A stretch of DNA of 59,109 bases, counting the filler. It is 2 parts of 2 records of this genome, joined end to end, with 100 filler letters (N's around TTAATTAATTAA, not from the genome) between each part and the next. Parts side by side here need not be neighbours in the genome. Positions count along the whole stretch, not along the records: positions 1 to 28,360 come from SRR20825006_391; 1 more part is not named here. One strand, 5' to 3'. Positions 12,555 to 23,180 of the stretch are shown here, piece after piece. Position 1 is the stretch's first letter; every line of letters starts with the position of its first letter. Made by a program: the position numbers and the translations under genes. A model generated the notes under the pieces. It was not told where the DNA came from. It made no database searches and saw only the letters and a list, made by a program, of their open reading frames with translations.

Positions 12555-13121
12555 ATGATGAAACAACAGGGGAAGCATTCTTATTCGCTGGCAGCGGGAA
12601 TAGCCGTCTTGGCATGTGTGATCAGTGGGTCGGTGTCTGCCAATGATGATCCGTTATTGCCCGGCTATGTGGGCGTGCAGTACAACCTGCTCGACCAGCA
12701 AATCTCTGCCGGCGATGATGCACAACCGCGCAGCGTTCAGGCGGTGTGGGGCTGGCAGTACAATACCCTGCTCGCGCTGGAGGCCCGGCTGGGTTATGGC
12801 GTCAGCGATGATGAAGGCGGGCTGGATACGGCCCGGGTCAGCGTGGACCCGCAATGGCTGGTGGGGGGCTATCTGAAAATGGGGCTGAGCTACCGTTTGC
12901 CGCTGTCTCCCTATGTGCTGCTTGGGCACTCCTCGGTGAAGCGTGACGTCACCGTGGCCGGCGGCGATAGCGAAGAGGATGTTGCCAGTGATCCCTCCTA
13001 CGGCATGGGGGCGTCGATCAAATTGAACGAACGCAATGCCCTGACGGTGGAATGGCTGCAGCTGGATGACGACGACAATGATCTGACCACCGTTAACGTG
13101 GGCTATCTGTTCCGTTATTAA
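12555..13121 (+). CDS. Outer-membrane beta-barrel protein (small porin/OmpA-like barrel family)
   Basis: Signal peptide, alternating beta strands (LALEARLGYG, SPYVLLG, SYGMGA), aromatic C-terminus GYLFRY; GAGG RBS. Confidence 0.8.
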   Translation: MMKQQGKHSYSLAAGIAVLACVISGSVSANDDPLLPGYVGVQYNLLDQQISAGDDAQPRSVQAVWGWQYNTLLALEARLGYGVSDDEGGLDTARVSVDPQWLVGGYLKMGLSYRLPLSPYVLLGHSSVKRDVTVAGGDSEEDVASDPSYGMGASIKLNERNALTVEWLQLDDDDNDLTTVNVGYLFRY

Positions 13122-14307
13122 GCGGGGCCAGGCCGGCGGTTTCTGCGTGACGTTTTTCCAGGCCGCGACCGGCCAGAAAAATCAGCAATCCGCCGATGGC
13201 CAGGGCCGCCCCTACCAGGCCGGTGGCGGACCATTGTGCGCCCATCTTGATGGTGACGCCGGCCAGCCAGGCGCCCAGCGCGTTGGCCAGGTTGAAGGCC
13301 GCGTGATTCATGGAGGCGGCCATGGTCTGGGCGTCCTCGGCCACATCCATCAGTCGGGTCTGCAATGCCGGCCCCAGCGCCATACTGGTGCCTACCAGCC
13401 CCACGAAGAGAATGGCGGGCAAGGGCCAGTCGGCGGCAAAGTAAAAGCCGGCCTGAATCAGCGCACACCAGACCAGAATGCGCGGTATGGCACGCAGCAA
13501 GTTGCCGTCCGCGGCGCGGGCACCGGCAAAGTTACCGATAATGGTGCCGATGCCGAAGATCATCAGCACCATGGGGCCCCAGCTTTCCGCCATGCCGGCT
13601 TGCTCGGTGAGGGTGGGCATCACATAGCTGAATACCGAAAACATGCCGCCGAAACCGATGCTGGCGACCCCCAGGGTGAACAGCACCCGCTGTTTGACCA
13701 GCGCGGATAATTCGCGACGCGGGCTGGCGTTCGGGTCCGGTGCCTGGGCGGGTACCCACAGGCGAATCAACAGGGCGGTGCACAGGGCAATCACGCCAAC
13801 GCCGATAAAGGCCACTTCCCAGCCAAATAAATTGCCGGCCCAGGTGGCCAGGGGCGCGCCGACCACGATGGCAATGGTCAGCCCGCTCATTACCCGGGCC
13901 ACGGCGCGGGCGCGCATGTGATACGGCACGGCGGAGGCCGCCACCAGGGCTGCGACACCAAAGTAGGCGCCATGAGGCAGCCCGGCGAGAAAGCGCAGGC
14001 CTACGAAGGTCCAGAAATCTGTGGCCAGGGCGCTGGCCATGTTGCCCACGGCAAACACCAGCATCAAGGCGATCAACAATCCTCGCCGGGGCACCCGGGC
14101 CGCCAGAGCGGAAATCAGCGGCGCACCGACCACGACCCCCAGCGCATAACTGCTGATGGCATAGCCCACATCGGGAACCGGTACTTGCAGATCGGTGGCC
14201 ACGCGCTGCATTAACCCCATAATGACGAACTCGCCACTGCCAATGCCAAACCCCCCCAGGGCGAGAGCAAGAGACAAACGAAGCAGGCGACTGGAGTCGG
14301 AGGGCAT
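13093..14307 (-). CDS. MFS transporter (AraJ/DHA1-like)
   Basis: About 12 hydrophobic segments; GIGSGEF, RFLAGLPHGAYFG, AFNLANALGAW. Confidence 0.88.
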   Translation of the reverse strand: MPSDSSRLLRLSLALALGGFGIGSGEFVIMGLMQRVATDLQVPVPDVGYAISSYALGVVVGAPLISALAARVPRRGLLIALMLVFAVGNMASALATDFWTFVGLRFLAGLPHGAYFGVAALVAASAVPYHMRARAVARVMSGLTIAIVVGAPLATWAGNLFGWEVAFIGVGVIALCTALLIRLWVPAQAPDPNASPRRELSALVKQRVLFTLGVASIGFGGMFSVFSYVMPTLTEQAGMAESWGPMVLMIFGIGTIIGNFAGARAADGNLLRAIPRILVWCALIQAGFYFAADWPLPAILFVGLVGTSMALGPALQTRLMDVAEDAQTMAASMNHAAFNLANALGAWLAGVTIKMGAQWSATGLVGAALAIGGLLIFLAGRGLEKRHAETAGLAPLNNGTDSPR

Positions 14308-14441
14308 ACAGGGTTCCCGGAAATGAAAGCGTGGCTGGGTGTAAAGGTGGGCTAAGGCTGCCGAATTTGAACAGAGTTCATTCTAGCATGGAAGGAGGCG
14401 GCTTCGGGACGGGTGCGGGAATAAAAACACAGGGAGACAGC

Positions 14442-14792
14442 ATGAAAGTGAATCGAATCGTGGCCAATGTGACCACGACGGAACGGCATAAGGCGGACGC
14501 CTTTTATGGCGATATTCTCGGCCTCGAGCGGCTTATGGATCATGGTTGGTTCCAGGCCTATGGCTCGGCGGAAACCATGCGCGTACAGCTTGGTTTCGGG
14601 TCCGAGGGCGGTTCAGGCGCAGCGGTGCCGGACCTGTCCATCGAGGTGGATGATCTGGATGAGGCCCTGAGAAGAATGCAGCAAGCGGGGGTGCCGCTGG
14701 AATACGGGCCGGTGAGTGAGCCCTGGGGCGTGCGACGCTTCTATGTGCGTGATCCGTTCGATCGTCTGTTGAATATTCTGCAGCATGAATAG
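14442..14792 (+). CDS. VOC/glyoxalase family protein
   Basis: AFYGDILGL, SIEVDDLD, EPWGVRRFYVRDPF; GGGAG RBS before ATG 14442. Confidence 0.88.
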   Translation: MKVNRIVANVTTTERHKADAFYGDILGLERLMDHGWFQAYGSAETMRVQLGFGSEGGSGAAVPDLSIEVDDLDEALRRMQQAGVPLEYGPVSEPWGVRRFYVRDPFDRLLNILQHE

Positions 14793-14833
14793 CCGCCCCT
14801 CTTGCCCGAGCAGGGTGGAGAGGCGGTATGGCG

Positions 14834-16804
14834 TCACAGGGCGCTGGTTGGCACCAGCGGAATGTTCACCCGCGATGGCATGGCCGGGGCGCTGTAGATG
14901 GTCATGGCGCCCAGCAGGCTGGTGAGCAGATCCGGGATCGGGCTCAGGCCATGGGGCAGATCGCTGGTGCCCACGCTGATGCGCAACTTTTCCCCAGCCT
15001 TGATCAGGGCGCTGGTGGGGAACACTTCCACGTCGGCTCGGAAGGCGGTCAGCGGGCTGATGCTGCGCTTGGATTCCGCAGTGAATGGGTGCCAGGGCTG
15101 GATCAGTTTGCCGTTCATGAAGCGCGATTTGCTGGCATCAAAGGCACTCATGGACGCCATCTGAATGCCGTGGGTCAATGGCCGGGCAATGCCGTTGTCG
15201 CCGACCACGCTGACGCGCACGGTGACATTGGTATCCAGCGCGGTGGTGGACGCCCAGATCTGCCCGGTGATCGGCCCGTTGATGGCCATGTCTTCTTCCA
15301 GCGGTTCGCTGGTGTACACCGCTTCCAGCAGGTTAACCACGTTGTCCTGTGCCGAGCAGGGGGGCAAGATCAGACCGAGCACGCCGGCAGTCCACTGGCT
15401 GGCGCTGGCGGAGCACAGACCGTTGACTGGCGTCTGCAGCAGACTGGTTTGTTTGCTGCTGGTCGGTGCGCTGTGCGAAATACTGCCGAACAAGGGCGCG
15501 CCGGGTTGGCCATGAAGGTAAAAGGTTTCCGCTTGCGCGTCCGGGTGTGGCCAGTCGGCGGCGGTGACGAAACGCTCTTCGCCAGTGTAGTACTGGGTCA
15601 CCGGCGGGAAATCCCCGGCGCCGGTGTCCATGCCTTTCAGGTACTGGTCAAACCAGGCCAGCCGGATGGGGCCCAGGGCGGGTACCCCATCCGCGGGCAG
15701 GCCGGCCCCGGAGGAGCCATCCAGATGTTCCCAGGGGCCGATCAGCAGCTTGGCGGTGGTATGGTCTTTCAGGCCTTCATAAATCAGTGGCTCGCCGCGC
15801 TGGAAAATATCCTTGAGCCCGCCTACCACAAAGGTCGGTGCAGTGATCTTGTCGATCTGCTCCAGTGGTGAGCGGATACGCCAGAATTCGGTGTCGTATT
15901 TGTTTTCATCACCAATCAACGCCCCGGCCACCACGGGCACCTGAAATTCGGTGAGGGCGCCCTGCAGATGCTGCAGCAGGGTGGTCAGGTAATAGCCCGG
16001 TTCGCCGTTATCCAGCCCGGCCGGGGTGGGGATGATGCCCAGCCCGGTGACCAGGGTGACCCACAGGGGAATAAAGCCGGCGTTGATCTGCCCGCCAGTG
16101 AAGACGATATCCCGGTAGGCATCACCCATGGGCACGATGGCAAAAATGGCTTTCACCGCCGGGTCTTCCTGGGCACCGGCCAGCAGGCCGGTGATGCCCA
16201 TGTAGGAGGCGCCGTTCATGCCGATGCTGCCATTGCTCCAGGGCTGCACCTTGATGTACTCCAGCAGCTCGCCGATATCATCCTGATCAATCTGGCTGAA
16301 CGCCTGCCAGCTGCCTTCCGCTGCCCCGGTGCCGCGCAGATCCACAATGATGTAGGCGTAACCCCTTTTCACCAGCGCCGGGTCGGCAGCACCGATGGCG
16401 CCAAGCGCCTGGTTGTAACCGGTAAAGGTGGCGATCACCGGGAACGGGCCGTCGATGGCATTGCCGTTTTCGTCCGCTGGCAGAGTGACGGTGGCGGCCA
16501 GACGAATGCCGTCGCGCATGGTGATCAGTTGCTGGGGCAGGTTGACCGTGTTGGTGTATTCCTCGTCGCGCTGGTAGGGCTCGCTCCAGGCCAGGTTCAC
16601 CGGTGTGTTTTCCTCCTCGCCAGCATCGTTGCCGGTATCGTCATCGCTGTCGCCGCCCGTGTTGGCGTTGGGGCTGTTGGGTGCATTGGCAACGGTGGGG
16701 GCGCTGCCGCTACCTCCGCCGCAGGCGGTCAGTTGCAGTGCCAGGCCAAGGAGAATGACGATAAGAGTGCGGCTATTCAGGCGCGCTGAAGACGAAGCGG
16801 GCAT
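14834..16804 (-). CDS. CocE/NonD family (S15) hydrolase, lipoprotein
   Basis: Lipobox LTAC; MRDGIRLA, VDLRGTG, nucleophile GASYMG, IGPWEH. Confidence 0.88.
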   Translation of the reverse strand: MPASSSARLNSRTLIVILLGLALQLTACGGGSGSAPTVANAPNSPNANTGGDSDDDTGNDAGEEENTPVNLAWSEPYQRDEEYTNTVNLPQQLITMRDGIRLAATVTLPADENGNAIDGPFPVIATFTGYNQALGAIGAADPALVKRGYAYIIVDLRGTGAAEGSWQAFSQIDQDDIGELLEYIKVQPWSNGSIGMNGASYMGITGLLAGAQEDPAVKAIFAIVPMGDAYRDIVFTGGQINAGFIPLWVTLVTGLGIIPTPAGLDNGEPGYYLTTLLQHLQGALTEFQVPVVAGALIGDENKYDTEFWRIRSPLEQIDKITAPTFVVGGLKDIFQRGEPLIYEGLKDHTTAKLLIGPWEHLDGSSGAGLPADGVPALGPIRLAWFDQYLKGMDTGAGDFPPVTQYYTGEERFVTAADWPHPDAQAETFYLHGQPGAPLFGSISHSAPTSSKQTSLLQTPVNGLCSASASQWTAGVLGLILPPCSAQDNVVNLLEAVYTSEPLEEDMAINGPITGQIWASTTALDTNVTVRVSVVGDNGIARPLTHGIQMASMSAFDASKSRFMNGKLIQPWHPFTAESKRSISPLTAFRADVEVFPTSALIKAGEKLRISVGTSDLPHGLSPIPDLLTSLLGAMTIYSAPAMPSRVNIPLVPTSAL

Positions 16805-17089
16805 GGTGCGGTCCCTGTGTTGTTATGGTGGCGGCTCGTCACGGAGCGAGACATTTTTTTATAGGTGTATCAGCGTAGGCGGGATGGCAGTGCAAATCTG
16901 TGGGTACCTTGGTGCCCAAGCGTGAAAGAAACTGGGGCTTCTGTGACGGACTGTAATCGGGCTTCCCTGCGGTGGCGATGGGGGATCTGTTTGCGCGTGA
17001 CTGGGGTACTGGTGAAGAGGACGACAGGCCGGGCACAATGGCAAGTCGAATCACAACCAGGCGTGCGATAACAACAGGGAAGAGCGTCG

Positions 17090-19846
17090 ATGAACAAACG
17101 GGGCGAGTGGAGGTTGGTTGGGGTGGTTGTCGGGGCGGTCCTGTCAGCAGGGGCTGTGGCGGAACCACTGGTACAGCGTAACCCCACGGTGGTGCCCCAT
17201 GATCAGCCTTACTACAAGGCGTCGGTGCGTAATACCGAACTGATTTTCACCGAGAAAAACCAGGGGTTTGCTGAGCATGCCGCTGGCGTGGAGCAACAAC
17301 TGCAACCGCAGTATGAAGCCAGCTTTGGCTATCAGATGGATTCACCGCTGTTTGTTGGACTTATTTCCGATAACAACCAGATCGCCAACGGCTTCTCTTC
17401 CCAGTATCCCCTCAATCGCCAGATCAATTACGTGGGTGGCGCGTCTGCGGTGGATTACTTTTCTACTACCTCCTGGCTCGACACCTTGCTGTTCCACGAG
17501 ACAGCCCATAACTACCAGCTGAACGCCAAAGACAACCGGGTGTCCAGTGCGCTGCATTCGGTGCTGGGTAACGGCACCCTGATGACGCCCTTTTTTCCGG
17601 CGATTGTTCCTAATGCGTTCGAGTCATCGTTCATGCTGGAAGGCAATGCGGTGCTCAATGAGTCCCGCCATGGTAATGGCGGGCGCCTCTACAGTGGCCG
17701 GTTCGATGCGCTGGTTCATGCCCAGGCAAAAGCAGGCTACCTGGCCCCGGAGCGAGCCTATAACCAGACGCTGTATTTTCCCTATGGTGAAAGCAGCTAT
17801 GTGCTGGGCAGCCATTACCAGTATTTCCTCGCCGATCGGTACGGGCTGGATGCCACCAACCGGTACTTCAAGGCGCGTTCGCGGTACTGGTATTTTCCCT
17901 TCGTCACCAATGCACCGCTGCAAGCGGCCATCGGCAACAATTTCGACACCACCTTTGCCGACTGGGCAAAGCACGAAGTGCAGCAGGCAGACAGGGCGGC
18001 CATGTCTGCGGGTGAGCCGCTGGTGACCTCGAAATATTTCACCGCACTGAACAGTGATGACAATGAGATCTTTTTTCTGGCGAGCCCACAGGATGTGCGG
18101 GCGCCGTACCATGTGGTGCTGGATCGAGAGACTGGCGAACTGGGCAAGCAGCGTTCGACTTTTCGCGGCGGCGAACTGTTTCGCCACGACGACAAGACCT
18201 GGTCCATGGCGAGTGCCTACAGCACGCCGTGGCGAATCTATCAGGGGCTATACAGTGAAAGTGCTCACCTGAAAGAGGATACCCGCGGCCGGATCATTCA
18301 GGGGTTCATGTCATCCGGGACGCCGGTGTATTTTGATGTGGCCAGTTCCTATGACCAGCCGCAACTGTATGTCGGTGATGACTTTTACGGTCAGGTGAAT
18401 TCCTCCGTGAATGTTCATGGCGACGACCTCTATTACTTCGTGCAGGAAGGGTCGGAACGCATCCTCTATCGCAATCGTACGGCGCTGTACCGTTATGCAG
18501 GGTACTACGGCGTGGTGGCCGATGTGGATAGCCAGGGGCGTGTGTTGTTCGTGGCCAACAGCGAGCACGGCTCTTCCCTTTACCGCACGCAAAACGGGGG
18601 TGGTGTTAGCCGGGTGCTGGCGGAAGATGACATCGTGGCCGCGCGGTTGCTGGATGATGAACGGGTGCTGGCGACAGCCATTCAGGCCGATCATTACGGC
18701 TATTATCTGAAGCCGTTACAGCCCCGTTCCGGCGAGCCCCATGTGCGCGAGCTGCAGTGGGATACGCCTGTCGGGCAGGCCGATAATCTGGCCACGGACA
18801 GTGAGCCACAGCCGTTGTCGCTGGATCGCCTTTATCATGCCTGGAGCGCCATGCGCTATAGCGGTACGGATCTGTCACTGTCGTTGCTTTCCGAGGAAGA
18901 GGATGACTCGGCGGAAGACGAAACGGATTTGCACACGCTGTACAACGTGCAAGTGCGATTCAGCGATCCGCTGGAGCAAAACGAAGTGTCCCTGTTCAGT
19001 TACCGCGATCAAGACCTGAGCGAACTGGCGGGGCTGGGGTATAGCAACAATCAGTTTTTCCTCATCGGTGGGGTGAAACAATATTGGGTGCTGGACGATC
19101 GGCTGGATCGGGAGTCGCCCCCGCAGGAGACACGTAACCATGGCTTGAGTGCCGAGTTACGTTTGCCTTTGCTGCAGTCCGGTTATTGGTACAGTGAATT
19201 GGCCGGCACCTGGTATCAGGACTATCAACTGGATGAGCGTGAGCCCCTGGCCGGGCAGTGGAGCCTGAGCCGCACCACGCGTTTTGGTAACAGTTTCCTG
19301 CCCAACAAACATGCCGGGGTTACGGGTTATCAGGTGAGTGACCGTGATGACACCAGCTATGGTGGCACCCTGAGCCTGATGACCGATCTGCCCGCCGAAC
19401 TGTACCTGGGGGCCCGTGGCCAGTTTTCGCGCAGTGATGCTGTGGTGAATCAGGGAATGCGGCGAGGGGTGGCGTTGGAAGAAACGCAGGATTTTATCGC
19501 CAACGATCCGTCGCGGATCGTGATTCCTGCCCTGGATAATAGCTACTATGCCGAGCAGGTGATTTCGGGTGAGGCCAGCGTGTCAAAGGTGATTAACCTG
19601 CCGTGGTATTCCTTCAAGGTGCCGTTGTCTCTGCGCCGTGAGGCGCTGCACCTGCGCTATCGCCGCTATGATATCGATTTCGGTGCTGCCCAGCTGGAGC
19701 TGAATCAGGCTATTGTCGGCATGGATCTGGAGTTGCTGTTGTTCCACCGTTCGCCTCTGCGCTTCGCGTTTGAATATGCCTACACGGATGATGATCGCAT
19801 CACCAGCGAGCACAGCTTTCAGGCGGTGACGTCGCTGGCGTTTTAG
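17090..19846 (+). CDS. Large exported protein: HExxH zincin-like domain, beta-rich middle region, probable C-terminal beta-barrel
   Basis: Signal peptide; FHETAH...LEGNAV; Tyr/Gly-rich short-strand region; C-terminal amphipathic strands ending in Phe. Confidence 0.6.
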   Translation: MNKRGEWRLVGVVVGAVLSAGAVAEPLVQRNPTVVPHDQPYYKASVRNTELIFTEKNQGFAEHAAGVEQQLQPQYEASFGYQMDSPLFVGLISDNNQIANGFSSQYPLNRQINYVGGASAVDYFSTTSWLDTLLFHETAHNYQLNAKDNRVSSALHSVLGNGTLMTPFFPAIVPNAFESSFMLEGNAVLNESRHGNGGRLYSGRFDALVHAQAKAGYLAPERAYNQTLYFPYGESSYVLGSHYQYFLADRYGLDATNRYFKARSRYWYFPFVTNAPLQAAIGNNFDTTFADWAKHEVQQADRAAMSAGEPLVTSKYFTALNSDDNEIFFLASPQDVRAPYHVVLDRETGELGKQRSTFRGGELFRHDDKTWSMASAYSTPWRIYQGLYSESAHLKEDTRGRIIQGFMSSGTPVYFDVASSYDQPQLYVGDDFYGQVNSSVNVHGDDLYYFVQEGSERILYRNRTALYRYAGYYGVVADVDSQGRVLFVANSEHGSSLYRTQNGGGVSRVLAEDDIVAARLLDDERVLATAIQADHYGYYLKPLQPRSGEPHVRELQWDTPVGQADNLATDSEPQPLSLDRLYHAWSAMRYSGTDLSLSLLSEEEDDSAEDETDLHTLYNVQVRFSDPLEQNEVSLFSYRDQDLSELAGLGYSNNQFFLIGGVKQYWVLDDRLDRESPPQETRNHGLSAELRLPLLQSGYWYSELAGTWYQDYQLDEREPLAGQWSLSRTTRFGNSFLPNKHAGVTGYQVSDRDDTSYGGTLSLMTDLPAELYLGARGQFSRSDAVVNQGMRRGVALEETQDFIANDPSRIVIPALDNSYYAEQVISGEASVSKVINLPWYSFKVPLSLRREALHLRYRRYDIDFGAAQLELNQAIVGMDLELLLFHRSPLRFAFEYAYTDDDRITSEHSFQAVTSLAF

Positions 19847-19869
19847 CGGGGTGCAGAACAGCCGGACAC

Positions 19870-19899
19870 TGGCTGCCCCAAGCCAGCTTCGGGCAGCCA
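19870..19899. terminator. Hairpin between convergent genes
   Basis: TGGCTGCCC...GGGCAGCCA 9-bp arms. Confidence 0.55.
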
Positions 19900-19926
19900 A
19901 AGTGTAGCCTGACCAGCGAGGGACCG

Positions 19927-21048
19927 TTATTTTGCCGGGTTTAGCTTCAGTAGCTGACCGTTGTTGCTGTCGGTGAGCAGGTATAGATAGCCGTCCGGTC
20001 CCTGGCGCACATCGCGGATGCGCTGTTCGCGGTTCCCCAGCAGCCGGGTTTCGCTGACGGGTTGCGGCCCGTCAAACGCCACCATGTTCAGATGCTGCAA
20101 TTTGAGTGCACCGTTTGCAGTGCGGCCTTTCCAGTCGGGGTAACGGTCGCTGGTAATGAAGGCCATGCCGGCGGGCGCGATGGAGGGGGTCCAGTGCAGC
20201 AGGGGCTGGGCATAGCCTTTTTTCTCGGTGTCGCCAATGCTGGGGCCGTAATACTCCCGGCCATAGGTAATCACCGGCCAGCCATAATTGACGCCGGGTT
20301 TTACCGCATTGATCTCGTCGCCCCCGCGGGGGCCGTGTTCGTTCAACCAGGGTTTGCCGGTCTGCGGGTGCAGGGCCAGGCCCTGGGGATTGCGGTGGCC
20401 CCAGCTCCAGATCTCGGTGGCCTGGTCGGCCAGGCCCACCAGCGGATTGTCTTCCGGGATGCGACCATCGTCGTGCAGACGCAGTACGCTGCCGGCAGGA
20501 TCTTGCGTATTCTGGGCGCGTTCGCGTTGCCCACGGTCACCAATGGTCAGAAACAGGTAGCCGTCATTATCGAACAGGATACGGCCGCCAAAATGCTTGC
20601 CGGTATTGGTGCAGGATTTCTCCGCCGTATAAATGGTCTGGAAGTTGCTCAGAGTGCCGGCTTCATAGGTGCCGTATCCCACAGCCGTGGTGGCCTCTTT
20701 GTCACTGCAAGGCTTGGCATAACTCAGGTATAAACGCTGGTTATTAGCGAAGTCTGGATGGGGTAGCACATCAAACAGGCCGCCCTGGCCAGAGGCCATG
20801 ACGTCCGGTACGCCGCCCACAGCGGCGTCTTGCAGCTCACCATCCACAACCCGCCGCAGGGTGCCACGCCGCTCCGTAATCAGCCATTCGTTGTTTGAGA
20901 CAAACGCCAGTGACCAGGGATGATGCAGACCATCGGTGATTTCGGTAGCGGTGATGCTGTCGTTGGTTTGTGGCTCCAGGGTGGCGGTGGTGTCCGCGCA
21001 GGCACTGAGGACAAGGCTGGACAGAATGGCGGTAATGGCAGAACGCAT
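19927..21048 (-). CDS. PQQ-dependent sugar dehydrogenase (YliI/Asd family), lipoprotein
   Basis: GLHHPWSLAF, GQGGLFDV, HFGGRI, WGHRNPQG, EHGPRGGDEIN, RIRDVRQGPDG; lipobox LSAC. Confidence 0.9.
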   Translation of the reverse strand: MRSAITAILSSLVLSACADTTATLEPQTNDSITATEITDGLHHPWSLAFVSNNEWLITERRGTLRRVVDGELQDAAVGGVPDVMASGQGGLFDVLPHPDFANNQRLYLSYAKPCSDKEATTAVGYGTYEAGTLSNFQTIYTAEKSCTNTGKHFGGRILFDNDGYLFLTIGDRGQRERAQNTQDPAGSVLRLHDDGRIPEDNPLVGLADQATEIWSWGHRNPQGLALHPQTGKPWLNEHGPRGGDEINAVKPGVNYGWPVITYGREYYGPSIGDTEKKGYAQPLLHWTPSIAPAGMAFITSDRYPDWKGRTANGALKLQHLNMVAFDGPQPVSETRLLGNREQRIRDVRQGPDGYLYLLTDSNNGQLLKLNPAK

Positions 21049-21136
21049 GGCAGGCTCCGGGTCGAATAGAGTCCAAAAGCATGCCATGGGGCTGTGACAG
21101 ATAAAACCTGAAGTCGCGTGGCTTGAACGGTCGGCG

Positions 21137-22342
21137 TTAGTCCGTCTCGTTGAGTACGCCAAGCCGGGTTAGTACCTGCTGATCCGGGAAACCGTCCGCC
21201 ACCATGCCGTTGGCCTGTTGGTAGCGGGCCAGGGCCTGACGGGTGCCGGGACCGAGCAGGCCGTCTTCCGCGCCCGCATCATGGCCCTGTTCATTCAGCG
21301 TTTGCTGAAGCCGGGTGACCTGTTCGCGATTCAGTCTGGGGGCAGGAACGGGTGCCTGGTGAAGCGCTCCGCCGCCGGCGATGCGGTCGGCCAGTCTGCC
21401 CACCGCAATGGCGTAGGACTCGGATCGGTTCCAGCCCATGATCACGCGGAAATTCTGGTAGGCGAGAAAGGCCGGGCCGTTATGGCCGGACGGGACCACC
21501 AGTGCCGCTTCCATGTCTGCCTGGGGCAGGGGCTGACCATTGGGCATGCGCACACCCAGCTTGGCCCAGTCGCTGAGGCTGCGCTGATGAGCGAAACCGG
21601 TTAGCTGGAAATCGAAATCGTCAGGCAGCGTTACTTCCCTCCCCCAGCGCTGTTCGCGCTGCCAGCCCAGTCCCTGCAGGAAATTGGCCGCGGAGGCCAG
21701 AGCGTCGTCTTCGCTTTTCCACAGATTGCGGCGGCCATCGCCATCGTGATCGATCGCGTACTTGAGAAAGATGGCGGGCATAAATTGGGTTTGGCCCATG
21801 GCGCCGGCCCAGGAACCTTCCATCTGGCTGGCTTCCACATCGCCGGACTGAATGATGCGCAAAGCGTTCATCAACTCGCCGGAAAAGTAATCGCCCCGAC
21901 GGCCTTCGCACGCCAGGGTGCTAAGAGCATCGAGTACCGGGATGCTGCCCAGGAAGCTGCCGTAATTGGTTTCCAGTCCCCAGAAAGCAACCAGGTAATG
22001 GCCGGGGATGCCGTATTCGCGGGTGAGCGCCTGCAGCAGGGGTTGTTGTTCGCGGTACTTTTTGCGGCCGGTTTCGATGCGCGTTTCGCTGACCCGGCGG
22101 GTGTAGTAATCAGAAAAGCTGCTGGTGAATTCCGGCTGGCTGCGATCCAGTTCGATCACCCGCTCGTTCAGTTTGACGGTATTCAGGCTGTGGCTGATCA
22201 CCTGGGCCGGGATGCCGGCCTCATCGGCCTGGGCCCGTAACTGGGCCATGCATTGTTCAAACTCTGCGTTGTCCAGCGCATAACTGGCATGGCTGGCGAG
22301 CAGGGTGGCACTGGCAAACAGGGCGGCGCGAATCGAGGGCAT
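21137..22342 (-). CDS. Lytic murein transglycosylase (MltB/SltB family) with a C-terminal peptidoglycan-binding domain
   Basis: AFWGLETNYG, GSWAGAMGQTQFMP, DHDGDGRR, WNRSESYA, DGLLGPGTRQAL. Confidence 0.9.
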   Translation of the reverse strand: MPSIRAALFASATLLASHASYALDNAEFEQCMAQLRAQADEAGIPAQVISHSLNTVKLNERVIELDRSQPEFTSSFSDYYTRRVSETRIETGRKKYREQQPLLQALTREYGIPGHYLVAFWGLETNYGSFLGSIPVLDALSTLACEGRRGDYFSGELMNALRIIQSGDVEASQMEGSWAGAMGQTQFMPAIFLKYAIDHDGDGRRNLWKSEDDALASAANFLQGLGWQREQRWGREVTLPDDFDFQLTGFAHQRSLSDWAKLGVRMPNGQPLPQADMEAALVVPSGHNGPAFLAYQNFRVIMGWNRSESYAIAVGRLADRIAGGGALHQAPVPAPRLNREQVTRLQQTLNEQGHDAGAEDGLLGPGTRQALARYQQANGMVADGFPDQQVLTRLGVLNETD

Positions 22343-22529
22343 GGGGTCTCCACCATCAAACGGAATAAGGCGACACAGAGCATAACGCTGTTGTTGTCGG
22401 GGTGCGGCACATAACAACAAAAAAACAGGAAAAAAACTGTCTTTAGGTTTGCCCGGAGTGCCGCGATGACAGCGGCAAATAAAAGGCGCAGACTTTTGCT
22501 ATCGCCATTGCTTCAAGCAAGGAGGGCCT

Positions 22530-23180
22530 GTGAAGCACCAGTATGCTGTGATCGGTTTGGGCAGTTTTGGTTCCACCATTGCGCAGGAATTGACGCGCCT
22601 GGGGCACGATGTCATGGGCGTGGATATCGATGGTGAGCGGGTGGAGTATTACGCTGACAAACTGTCGCAAACCCTGATTGCCGATGGCACCAGTGACAAG
22701 GTGGTGGCCGAGCTGGATTTGCCTGCCTTTGATGCGGTGGTAGTGGCCATTGGTGAAAATCTGGAAGCCAGTATTCTGACCACCCTGGCGCTGAAAAGTG
22801 CGGAGGTGGAACAGGTGTGGGTCAAGGCGATCAGTGAACCGCATCACCGGATTCTGTCGCGATTGGGGGCCAACCGGATTATTCACCCGGAGCACGAAAT
22901 GGGCATCCGCGTTGCCCAGACCATCGTGCACCCGGAAATGCTCGACTATATTTCCCTGGGCAATGACTGGCTGGTGGTAGAGGTGAAAGTGGACAAACGG
23001 TTTGCCGGGATGACCGCATCCGAGTTGCCGCTGAAGGATGAAGAGCTGCGCCTGGCGCTGGTCAAGCGCGGCACCCAGGTGTGGCAAGCGCCGTTCGAAG
23101 GGCTGGAATTGCAAGAGAAAGACCAGTTGGTGCTGATGGGCACGCTGCATGACTTGCTGCGGTTTTCCAAAGCGCAATGA
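22530..23180 (+). CDS. ktrA: K+ uptake regulatory subunit (KtrA/TrkA, RCK)
   Basis: AVIGLGSFG, VVVAIG, IIHPEHEMG. Confidence 0.88.
   Translation: MKHQYAVIGLGSFGSTIAQELTRLGHDVMGVDIDGERVEYYADKLSQTLIADGTSDKVVAELDLPAFDAVVVAIGENLEASILTTLALKSAEVEQVWVKAISEPHHRILSRLGANRIIHPEHEMGIRVAQTIVHPEMLDYISLGNDWLVVEVKVDKRFAGMTASELPLKDEELRLALVKRGTQVWQAPFEGLELQEKDQLVLMGTLHDLLRFSKAQ

Noticed and set aside
13093-13121. 29-nt overlap of the convergent OMP and MFS 3' ends
   Set aside because: Short convergent overlaps are common and there is no sign of a frameshift in either core domain.
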